Of a DNA stretch of 36,052 nucleotides, positions 22,992-33,258 are shown one piece after another (the stretch's first letter is position 1; every line of letters begins with the position of its first letter). The notes under the pieces are model-generated. The model made no database searches. It had not been told where the DNA came from and saw only the letters and a program-made list of their open reading frames with translations. The stretch is from Thraustochytrium aureum (lineage: Eukaryota). Where the stretch lies: NCBI GenBank assembly GCA_012862495.1, contig BLSG01000344.1, positions 2,632-38,683 of the forward strand, in the 5' to 3' direction. The position numbers and the translations under genes were made by a program.

Positions 22992-23313
22992 TTCGCTTGC
23001 CACGGCGCACGCTGGCAGAGGCCGGCGCCCTTGCGTCGGCGATCGCGCCCTTGCCGTCCCTGGCCCCCTCCCCTCCTTCTGTGCCTCGTTCCGTGCTGGC
23101 ACTGGGCGCGGGGAGGAGCGGTCCAACCTGCCTGTGCTGCGTCAATGGAACGTCCAGGGATGCGCAGCGATGTGGCGCGAACGCGAACTGCGAGTCGGCA
23201 CCACCATGGCATGACAGAGCTAATCAACAGCTCCGACGCGTGGCTCAAAAGGGGTAGGGCGGATACTGAACCGAGCCTTTAGAAGTACAGAGAGAGTGAG
23301 CTTGATGCGCGAG

Positions 23314-26130
23314 CTAGGTGTGATCAAGTGCGGCGCCGTCTGCTGTTGCGGCCGCTGTGTCAGCGTTGGTTTCGGCGTGCTCACCGGCCGAAGCGTCAGC
23401 GTTGGCGGCGGGAGAGCTCTGGGGCCCCTTTTCAAGGTCAAGCGCCGTGTCGATGATCGTCGTCATAAACTCCATGGCCTCCTCGTCGATCTCGATGTCA
23501 CCCTCTTCGTCAGTGTCCGGTATGTAGTCGTAGTCGCTCTTGCCCTTCTCGTATTCTGGGTCTGATGCGTAGCGGCCAGAGTAGGACGACTCCGAGTCGC
23601 TCTCAATCTCAATCTCAAAGTGCACCGAGCCGCTCGCTCCTCGAGACGCGCTTGATGCCCCGATTTGGTCAGAGCCTCCCGCAGGTGCACCTAGGCCTCC
23701 TGGCAATTCGCCATCGTCGGCCGGGGTCGCGCGGGGGCCGCCCAAGCTCGCACTAGCTCCGTCGGTGTCAGCGTCGACGTCGCCGGTCTCGGTGCTATCC
23801 GGAATGTCCACAGACACGGCATGGCGCCAATCGCCCTGATGCTGCGCTTGCCGCGCGGTCTCGGCTTCCAGCTCCTTGGCAACTGCGTCGGAGCGAGCCA
23901 TGCTCGCGGCTGGCACTTGCGCCTCTGCGCCGATTCCACGATCGGAGCGCTTTGGCAAACTCGTGAGACCAAAGAGCCGACGGGCGCTGCCCATCCCGCC
24001 AAACCTGGCGCTTGCGGACTGCGGACTCGATGTAGGGCTTGCTTCGGCAGAGCTGTGCCGGCCAAACGCGGCGCCGCGCGATACGGGGTCGCTGAGCCGC
24101 CTCTGGCCCGGGTCGATCGTCGCCTCCCTTGCAACGAGCACCAGAGCGTTGCGAGAAGACGAAGGGTGCGTGCTTGCGGAACGGGTGAGCACGTACTCGG
24201 AGTGCTGCCTGGCGATTCTGGGGGGTTGATGTGGCTGGCCAAGGCCTGTGTTCGCCTGCGCTTGGATACTTGCGTCCGCTCCTAGCAGTGCTGCGCCCGC
24301 TGCACCTCCAACCGCTTGGAGCCCTGTTTGCGAGGCGGAAACGGCGGCGGGATGGGCACTCTTGGGAACTACGTCATCGCCGGCCGTGAATCCCGTCGCC
24401 GTTGGCATTGCAGCGCTTGGCGGCGACAGCGGCTCGCTCGTCGGCCACTCGGGAGCGCTGGCTGTGCCCCCAAGCGCATTGTACGCAGCCTTGCGCGAGG
24501 AGCGCCCTCGGCCAAGGTCTTGCGAAGAGCTGGCGTTGCCCAATGAACTGGTTTTCTTGGGAATGACGAGTTTGCGGTGATCTTGCGCCGCGGAGCTCGA
24601 CACGGGAAACATCCGAGCCGACCAGACTTTAATCCCCTTTGCGAACGGCTTCTCCAAAACCTCGGTCCAGCTCGCGGAGAGGCCGTAGAGGGCCAGGAGA
24701 TAGGGTATAAGCCACGGCGCTACGAGCCGCGGCTCGAGGTCCTCCACAAAGCGCTCTCCGGTCTGCACGTTTTGCCACTTTTCGAACATGTAAAACATGG
24801 TGTACTGGAAGCAGTAGACCGCGAAGCTCCAATTGCCGACCTCAATGAGGACGCGATGTTCCAAAAGGGCCGAGAGCGACCAGCGAAGATTTTTGTCCGA
24901 GTTGATCGAGTAACCCACGAGCATGGTGCTCAAGAGCGGGACCAGGCCTGAGATGAAGAACGCCTCTGCGTCAGCTCGGGTCTGTGGCGCACCGGCTCCG
25001 TTGGGGTTGTACAGGATCACGATCAAGGCGAAGGCGAGCGTGGTCACGTCCGGAAGCCATCGCCAGAGTCGCCTGTGCCGGTCGCTGCAGGACGGGTGCT
25101 CGACGAGCTCTGCGACAACGACTCCGATGCAAAAGTCCGGCAGACGAAAGGTCGGAAACTTGTACAAGAGCTCAAAGTGGCCGTTGTCCATCGACCCGTC
25201 CTGCACGCCATAGTAGATGACAAAGCAAGGAATCATGGCCACGATCCACAGAGCGAGCGCGAGCAGCAGCTTGTACCTCACCTTGTTGTTCGTCCAGACG
25301 CCAAAGCGGTGCATGAACGTGTTCAGGAGCGGGTAGAGAAGCCACCCAACAAGTAGCGTCGAGATCGTCCACCCTGCCGGGTTGGGTTGTGTCGGGATAT
25401 CGCGAGACCAGTTTTCGTTGCGCGGCAGCTCAAACCAGCTTTGGATGAGGAAGATCGTGGCCAGGGCCTCCTGGGGATAGTCTGAAGCGAGGGCATCGTG
25501 GTTTGTGAAGAGCGGATCGAGCAATCCGAGGATGATGGAAGCAAAATAAGTGAACAGGACGCGGCACAACCTCCGCGTGTAGAAGAGACCGACGTCAGAA
25601 CCCGACGTGTACCGCTTCTTCCGGTAGGCGTAGTGCGTGACGAAACCAGAAAGCACGATGTACATGGCGACGGGAATGTAACCCCTGCCCAGGACCAGCA
25701 CAAACATGTTCGAGCCGAATTGGTGCGCGGTTTGTTGAAAGTGGCCCAGCACGATCCAGAGCGTTGCCAGCGTGCGCATTCCAGACAGCGCTTTGAGGTT
25801 GCGTCTGCGCGGCTTGACGGCGAGCTCGGTGTTTTTCGTTACAACTCGGATCGATCGCCCGGCGTGCTGGAGAGGCGAAAGTCCAGGGCGCACGGCGCCT
25901 GGTTTCGGTCCTGCAGCAGACGTCATCGCTCGCCGCAACGTTTTGCCCTCGTTGGCGGAAGAACTGCGATCCAGGGACACGGTTAGCTCGGGCGAGGCGC
26001 TCGCACCCGACGGGCTGAGGCGTTTGCCACTAGTTGGTATTTGTGCCTCTGAGGGGGACGGTTGCTGTTCGCTGGCGACCGTCTCGTACAACATGCTGAT
26101 GCCCGGGGCGTGCTCCTCGTCAGAACCCAT
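23314..26130 (-). CDS. Acyltransferase family 3 (OafA/Acyl_transf_3-like) multi-pass protein with long low-complexity tails
   Basis: ALSGMRTLATLWIVLGHF (RxxAxxxVxxxH motif), VAMYIVLSGF, FYTRRLCRV, GWTIST, RLPDFCIG and GNWSFAVYCFQ. ATG 26130 has a good context; an upstream exon inside the gap cannot be excluded. Confidence 0.88.
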   Translation of the reverse strand: MGSDEEHAPGISMLYETVASEQQPSPSEAQIPTSGKRLSPSGASASPELTVSLDRSSSANEGKTLRRAMTSAAGPKPGAVRPGLSPLQHAGRSIRVVTKNTELAVKPRRRNLKALSGMRTLATLWIVLGHFQQTAHQFGSNMFVLVLGRGYIPVAMYIVLSGFVTHYAYRKKRYTSGSDVGLFYTRRLCRVLFTYFASIILGLLDPLFTNHDALASDYPQEALATIFLIQSWFELPRNENWSRDIPTQPNPAGWTISTLLVGWLLYPLLNTFMHRFGVWTNNKVRYKLLLALALWIVAMIPCFVIYYGVQDGSMDNGHFELLYKFPTFRLPDFCIGVVVAELVEHPSCSDRHRRLWRWLPDVTTLAFALIVILYNPNGAGAPQTRADAEAFFISGLVPLLSTMLVGYSINSDKNLRWSLSALLEHRVLIEVGNWSFAVYCFQYTMFYMFEKWQNVQTGERFVEDLEPRLVAPWLIPYLLALYGLSASWTEVLEKPFAKGIKVWSARMFPVSSSAAQDHRKLVIPKKTSSLGNASSSQDLGRGRSSRKAAYNALGGTASAPEWPTSEPLSPPSAAMPTATGFTAGDDVVPKSAHPAAVSASQTGLQAVGGAAGAALLGADASIQAQANTGLGQPHQPPRIARQHSEYVLTRSASTHPSSSRNALVLVAREATIDPGQRRLSDPVSRGAAFGRHSSAEASPTSSPQSASARFGGMGSARRLFGLTSLPKRSDRGIGAEAQVPAASMARSDAVAKELEAETARQAQHQGDWRHAVSVDIPDSTETGDVDADTDGASASLGGPRATPADDGELPGGLGAPAGGSDQIGASSASRGASGSVHFEIEIESDSESSYSGRYASDPEYEKGKSDYDYIPDTDEEGDIEIDEEAMEFMTTIIDTALDLEKGPQSSPAANADASAGEHAETNADTAAATADGAALDHT

Positions 26131-26850
26131 GGTGCCCCCGACGACCTNNNNNNNNNNNNNNNNNNNNNNNNNNNNNNNNNNNNNNNNNNNNNNNNNNNNN
26201 NNNNNNNNNNNNNNNNNNNNNNNNNNNNNNNNNNNNNNNNNNNNNNNNNNNNNNNNNNNNNNNNNNNNNNNNNNNNNNNNNNNNNNNNNNNNNNNNNNNN
26301 NNNNNNNNNNNNNNNNNNNNNNNNNNNNNNNNNNNNNNNNNNNNNNNNNNNNNNNNNNNNNNNNNNNNNNNNNNNNNNNNNNNNNNNNNNNNNNNNNNNN
26401 NNNNNNNNNNNNNNNNNNNNNNNNNNNNNNNNNNNNNNNNNNNNNNNNNNNNNNNNNNNNNNNNNNNNNNNNNNNNNNNNNNNNNNNNNNNNNNNNNNNN
26501 NNNNNNNNNNNNNNNNNNNNNNNNNNNNNNNNNNNNNNNNNNNNNNNNNNNNNNNNNNNNNNNNNNNNNNNNNNNNNNNNNNNNNNNNNNNNNNNNNNNN
26601 NNNNNNNNNNNNNNNNNNNNNNNNNNNNNNNNNNNNNNNNNNNNNNNNNNNNNNNNNNNNNNNNNNNNNNNNNNNNNNNNNNNNNNNNNNNNNNNNNNNN
26701 CTGCGGGCAGCTCCGAGGGCTGGCGGTCGCCGCTGCAGGCTCTGGTCGGCGCACAAGCGGGCACCACGATTCCTGTCCAAGCGTGGGCGCGGCGAGTGGC
26801 GCTCGGCGGCGTCTGCTCGGCAGGGAGGCGGCCGACGCCGCCCAGGGTAG

Positions 26851-27834
<984 letters not shown>

Positions 27835-28292
27835 CTCTGGAGACGAAGAAGCTCGTGTACAGGCAGCTGCGCCGCGCCGCTTAAGTGTGCAAATACATCT
27901 TTCNNNNNNNNNNNNNNNNNNNNNNNNNNNNNNNNNNNNNNNNNNNNNNNNNNNNNNNNNNNNNNNNNNNNNNNNNNNNNNNNNNNNNNNNNNNNNNNNN
28001 NNTGAGATCCACGCCAACTCCATGCGCACCCACCCGTTCTCATCGCATGCACCAGTGAGGTTCGCAGACATGCAAGGATCCTCGCTCGCCCAGGCCGGGC
28101 CCAGGAGGACTTGCCATCCCGCAGAGGAGAGCGCGAAGGCGAGCACCGACAACAACTTGCATCTTCGAGTGGTGCCCGGGCGCGAGCCGGACTCGCCCAC
28201 GAAGCTCTCAGGAAGCACAAGGCAGGCCAGAAAAGAGGAGAACAGAAAAAACGAGCAGAAAAACGAACAGAACGGTGCCTACTTTCTCCTGC

Positions 28293-30461
28293 CTACTGCT
28301 CGTTGACGTGGTCAACCTTGTGCACGGACTCGGACGCCTCCGAGTCGTCTGACGCCGGCTCGGGACCAACGTTCTTGGTCTTGAGCTGCGCGTCCACCGG
28401 CGTGCAGGACGCGATCCCGCCAAGAACGCCAAGAATATCCTGCCTCGACTCGTACAGCGGAAGCAGGATGATGACAATCGTGGCGATGAAGGCCCAGATG
28501 ATAGAGATGATCACCCAGAAGCTAAAGTAGCCCGCCGAGAAAACGCCAGCAGGCAGCGAGAGGACGGGCCACAGAACAACGATAAGGAGCGTGAAACCGC
28601 CTCCGACGCGCACGATCCAGGTCTTGGCCTTCTTGAGAGCCGCCTCGGACTCGAGCGTGGCAGGGTCGGGCATGGCGTGGTCGATCAGCTCGATCTGGCG
28701 AGTCGACACAAAGTCAAAGTTGTCCGGGTTGGCAAGGCTCATCCCGGTGCAGATGATGCCAGAGCCCAGAATTGCAACGAGGTTACCGATGAGCATTGCC
28801 TCGTTGCTGCCCGTCGAGGCGAGCGTGATCTTGCCCTCGGGGTCGTAGGCAGCCGCGGCTCCCAGCCAGCACGCGATAGCGGCGATCTGGCCGACGATGG
28901 CGCCGGTCATGGCCGCCTTGGCCGTGCACTTTTTCCAGAGCAGCAAGTAGGAGATGGGGATCACCGCGCTGCCGATGACAACGCCCATGAAGAGGTACAC
29001 CCATCCAAGCGAAAGGCCGATGACGTTGAGGAGCGCAGCAAAGCAACCCATGAAGCAGCCAAAGCACACGATGACGACGCGCGACCACTTGAGGATGTCT
29101 TGGCCGGTTGCGGCCGGGTTGATGTAGACCTTGTACACATCGTAGACGAAGAGGGAGCTGACGGCGATGAGCTCCGCAGACCCCGTCGAGGTGACCGCCA
29201 TGAAGAGCATGATGAGGATGGCGTACGCCCCGCCGGTGCCCCAAAAGTGCACGGCGGCGGCCGGCGGCACGAGGCCAGCGCCGGCCTCGGCGACCGTGAC
29301 GGGGAGGTCCAGCGCGACGGTGGAGAGCCCGAGCGAGGTGGCGAGGGCAAAGGGGATCGTGAACCACACAAAGCCGCCGAGCAGGTACCCGGTGTGCGCC
29401 GAGGAGGGGCGCGCCGCGATCGCGCTCTGCCAGTAGCTCTGGTCGAGGAAGACGGTGCCAAAGTTGCCGACGATGTTGATGATGCCGAACATGAGGCCGC
29501 CGCCGCTGAGCATGGTCACGTAGCTGCCCTCCTTGTTGTCCGGCACGGGGAACAGGCCGGCGAGCGATTGGAGGTTTTCGAAGACGGCGTCTGGCGAGCC
29601 GAGCTCGGGGCTCGAGATGTAGACCACGGAGACGAACGAGACCAAGATGAGGAAGATGATCGCCGTGTGGATGTAGCTGGCGAGGAAGGTGGCCTTGAGA
29701 CCGCCGCTCACCGTGTACATAATGACGCCCACCGGGATGAGAAACGAGGCGGCGTAGATGTTCATCCCCGTGAGCGCGTTCACGACGGCGGCGCCGCCCA
29801 GCAGCAGCATCGAGGTCACGATCACGTTGGTCAGCAGCGCAAAGCCGAGGAAGACCTTGTGCGCGGTGTAGCCCCAGCGCGCGAGCACAATCTCGCACAT
29901 GGTGTGCGCGGTGGGCGCCTTGCGCTTGAGCTCGATGGCGATGATGCCGAAGAGGAAGACCTGGATGGTGGCGCCGGAAGCGTACCAGAAGGGCCCGCTC
30001 ACACCGTAAGAGTACGCCACGTTGGAGGACTGAAGGAGGGTGGCCGCCCATGTCCACTGCGACACGATGACGGATGCGGTGAGACCGGTCTTGACAGAGC
30101 GCCCAGCGGTGTTAAAGTTTTCCGAATGGTACTCGGTGCCGACGAACTTGACATCGAGCCACACAAGCGCGGTAGTGAAGAGAGAGAAGAAGAGCCCGAA
30201 GCCGAGCACAATCCCGTACCCGGCGCCGAGGGGCAGGACGGGTTGGCCCCCGAAGAAGCTAGTCTTGTTGCAGTACTCGGTGATCGCCCAGGGCGTTTGG
30301 TCTCCGGCGCAGTTGACGAGGAAGGGGGTCTCGGGGCAGGCCGTGGCGTGGCTGAACACATCTGTCGGGGTCGCACCGCACTGTTGCGCGTTGGCGGGGG
30401 CGACCATTGCGGCGCAGCACACGACGAGGGCGGCGGCTGCGGCCTTGGTGGTGGCGCCCAT
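28293..30461 (-). CDS. DUR3: Urea active transporter (sodium:solute symporter family)
   Basis: [64 protein letters not shown] and [22 protein letters not shown] are DUR3 hallmarks. Confidence 0.97.
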   Translation of the reverse strand: MGATTKAAAAALVVCCAAMVAPANAQQCGATPTDVFSHATACPETPFLVNCAGDQTPWAITEYCNKTSFFGGQPVLPLGAGYGIVLGFGLFFSLFTTALVWLDVKFVGTEYHSENFNTAGRSVKTGLTASVIVSQWTWAATLLQSSNVAYSYGVSGPFWYASGATIQVFLFGIIAIELKRKAPTAHTMCEIVLARWGYTAHKVFLGFALLTNVIVTSMLLLGGAAVVNALTGMNIYAASFLIPVGVIMYTVSGGLKATFLASYIHTAIIFLILVSFVSVVYISSPELGSPDAVFENLQSLAGLFPVPDNKEGSYVTMLSGGGLMFGIINIVGNFGTVFLDQSYWQSAIAARPSSAHTGYLLGGFVWFTIPFALATSLGLSTVALDLPVTVAEAGAGLVPPAAAVHFWGTGGAYAILIMLFMAVTSTGSAELIAVSSLFVYDVYKVYINPAATGQDILKWSRVVIVCFGCFMGCFAALLNVIGLSLGWVYLFMGVVIGSAVIPISYLLLWKKCTAKAAMTGAIVGQIAAIACWLGAAAAYDPEGKITLASTGSNEAMLIGNLVAILGSGIICTGMSLANPDNFDFVSTRQIELIDHAMPDPATLESEAALKKAKTWIVRVGGGFTLLIVVLWPVLSLPAGVFSAGYFSFWVIISIIWAFIATIVIILLPLYESRQDILGVLGGIASCTPVDAQLKTKNVGPEPASDDSEASESVHKVDHVNEQ

Positions 30462-31881
30462 CGTGGGTTTCGCTTGTCTCGGGTCCTGCGACGAGGTGCT
30501 GCTTGCAAGGTTCTTCTCGCGATCGTCCGTACCAAGTTGGTTGGCGTTTGGGTTTTGGTCAGCTGCCGGCGGGTCGTGGTCAGCACGGCCTGGGCTTGGA
30601 CTGTATTCGGGCTTGGCCGCCTGTCAGAGATACTGTGCGGGTACTATACGGGAGCCATTACGTTCGCAACTCGGGGATGACGACAAGGTGCTTGGCGGGG
30701 AAGCTGCGCGGTCATATTTTCGTCAGTGACTCGAGCGCATCGCAAGCTCTCATGGCAAGCCTCTGTGGGATCTTCGAAACCGGGAGTCTTCTGTTGCTCG
30801 GTACGCGCTGGCAGGCTTGCATTTTGCTCCATTCCTCACAAGACATGGTCGCGATCTGAACTGGTCAATCTTGAGAGAGCGCGACGACCCATGCCGACCG
30901 GGGTGCGAGGCCGCGTCACTACGCCTCCTTTCCTTCCCTCCAGCTAGCTCTACTAGCTCGAGTCCATACTTGTGTCGCCCACATGTGGGACCCAGCCTCA
31001 TCATCAGCCCGTGTTGGTCTTCAAGTTGGCTCAAGCCCGAGTCAACTTGCCCTGATCTAGTAGGGCGTCACTCGGAGGAGGTCGCTGTTGGCATCAGCCT
31101 GAGAGGCTTCAGAGCACGTGCCAGTCTCCGCGCAAACCAGCATGCGGCGCCACCGTGTCGCCTTGTCGCCGTCCGACTCGACGGAGTACCTCGCTCGCTC
31201 GAGCTAGCTAGCTCGAGGCAGGCCATGCAAGCAAGCAACACGGCGTGCCAGAACTCGGCTGGCGACGGACGGCCGTCGCCGGCGCCCGGGGAGGCTTCCA
31301 AGCGCGTGGCGTGACTCCAAGACTCGGCAGGCTGAGGGTGGCTTCGTACGTTCTTGATCAAGCCAGCAGACGGTCATCGCAAGGACCTCCTCGGTCGTCG
31401 TGATTTCTCATCGTCAACCCAAAGATTGACGTCAAGATTGGTGCCAACTAAGGAGGGACAGTGGGCCGGCGGCGCGGCCACGCTCGCTCGCTCGCTCGCT
31501 CGCGACGCCGCGATGCGTGGGCCACGCCGCACGCGGTCGAAGCAACACGCGGTCGAAGCAGCGAGCCGTGCTGCGTGCGCAGCGCCGTGGCCCGCGCTGC
31601 GTTCTGGATTGTGTTCGAGCAGCGCTCGTCCAACTCCCCATCGCGCCTCGGGGCGGCATCCACCGTTGGAAACACGTAATCTGGATCCTTGTCGTCCTCC
31701 CGTGACGTGTCGATGCACCGCCGCAGGAGGCTCCTCTTCGGATACGACGGAAGTTGGGAAGAACTACCGCACACCTCTGGGGTGCCCAAGTGGCTTATCT
31801 TTTGCGGAACGATCGCGCACCTTTGAGGAAGGAATGATCTTGAAATCAATCGCCTTTCGCCTGCTCTTGGCCTGCTCCAAC

Positions 31882-32740
31882 AACGACTTCAACCCGCAAA
31901 TGATGATGATCATCAGCAAGTCTGTCACGGACGCCTCGTGTCACGGCACCGCAAGGCTGCCGTCCGTCAAGTTTTGCGTCCCCAGTTCAGGCAATGTATA
32001 CTCGCATTTTTGATTCGCTGGTTCCCACCGGGCTGGCTGGCGTTGGTGCTCTCCAGCGAGCCGCCAACAAGAGGGGCGGCTGAGGTGCTGAGGTGGATGA
32101 TATCAAGTGCGTCCGCTGCGGCATTCAGGATGACGTGCGTCGGGCCAGGAAGAATTTGCTTCACAATCCCGGGAGAAGGCGCAAGGAGCTCAAATAAGAA
32201 TGTCGGCTCAGCGAAGCGCTTTCGCACGGTTTCAGGCCGCTGGGCTTGCGCGAATTCCGTCTGGTCAACTGCACGTGACAAGGTTTGCGCGTCGTCTGCG
32301 GCCAACAAGCAACGCGTTCGCGATCTGTCGCGCCCCAGCTCACTCTTCAGCATTGGACGGCGGGGACTCGAAACTGTCCGCAGAATTCCACTTCTGAGAG
32401 TCAAATGGCGTCGAGGATCTTGAAGCAGATAGAATTCAGTCAGACGAAAAGCCATTGATTTACTCCATTTGGGTGGGTTGTTGCTCTACGCGATGAAAGA
32501 CGGGAGGCGCGACCTCAAAAGCAGGGTGAAAGAAAAAGGTGAAAGAAACAGCGCTGCCCAACCGAGGTCAGGCAGCACCAACAGGGGCGTCTCGCGCCAC
32601 CAAGGCGGCTTGCTGGAGAGGGCCCATGCCAGCCCCATGGGGGCCAGAGGTTGAATGCGAATTGAAGGTAGCCAGTTACGGTCTAGTCGCGAGACGTCCG
32701 TGACAAACTTGTTGATGATCACCTGCGGATCAAAGCCATT
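31882..32740. repeat. Diverged inverted duplication of a coding-like segment (31882-31968 on + versus 32740-32660 on -)
   Basis: Core TGATCATCA[G/A]CAAGT[C/T]TGTCACGGACG[C/T]CTCG matches at 29 of 32 nt. Translations are NDFNPQMMMIISKSVTDAS...LPSV and NGFDPQVIINKFVTDVS...LPSI. Confidence 0.7.
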
Positions 32741-33121
32741 GATTTCATCAGTGCCAATCATGCCATGTCACCTCATCGCCTGTTTTCTTGCGTGCGCAAG
32801 CTCCGCTGTCCAGGCCCTGCTTCATTTCAGCGTCACCAACCATACGCAAGCCCAGGGAACCGTACCGCTGTTCTTGCCAAATCTACACAGAACCAATGCC
32901 CGCCGGTCGTCTGCCGGTAGTGTCCCGGCAGCACCCCGACCGACATCACGATTCCCGACATCACGACCGGCAACTGGGTCCTGTTTGAGGGCTGCGGCGC
33001 AAAAGCAGTTCTGAGCAGTGAGTTGTCTTGCTTTGTTGTGCGGCGAGGCAGCATGAGATGCGGCAAGCTCGTGCGCATCTCACCACTCGCCTCGCACTTT
33101 CGAGGATCAGTTCCAAAGCTA

Positions 33122-33218
33122 GCAATAGGTACAAGCGACCAACGCTAGCAACCAGACACGCAATAGGTACAAGCGACCAACGCTAGCAACCAGACACGCA
33201 ATAGGTCCAAGCGACCAA
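33122..33218 (+). repeat. 38-bp tandem repeat (about 2.5 copies) just upstream of the Hint-protein ATG
   Basis: Unit GCAATAGGTACAAGCGACCAACGCTAGCAACCAGACAC starts at 33122, 33160 and 33198. The third copy is 21 nt with one mismatch. Confidence 0.95.
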
Positions 33219-33258
33219 AGACAAGGCAGCAAGCACCGGCCAACAAGCGACAAGCCAG

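Noticed and set aside
28677..30680. 667-aa plus-strand ORF
   Set aside because: Antisense shadow of DUR3 caused by very high GC3; no recognisable motifs.
31967..32455. 162-aa minus-strand ORF as a gene or reverse-transcriptase fragment
   Set aside because: No RT, integrase or other motif recognised; treated as part of the relic region.
33122..33218. Possible mini-CRISPR array (21-bp repeats with 17-bp spacers)
   Set aside because: The two 'spacers' are identical, so this is a plain 38-bp tandem repeat. The context is eukaryotic and no cas genes are present.
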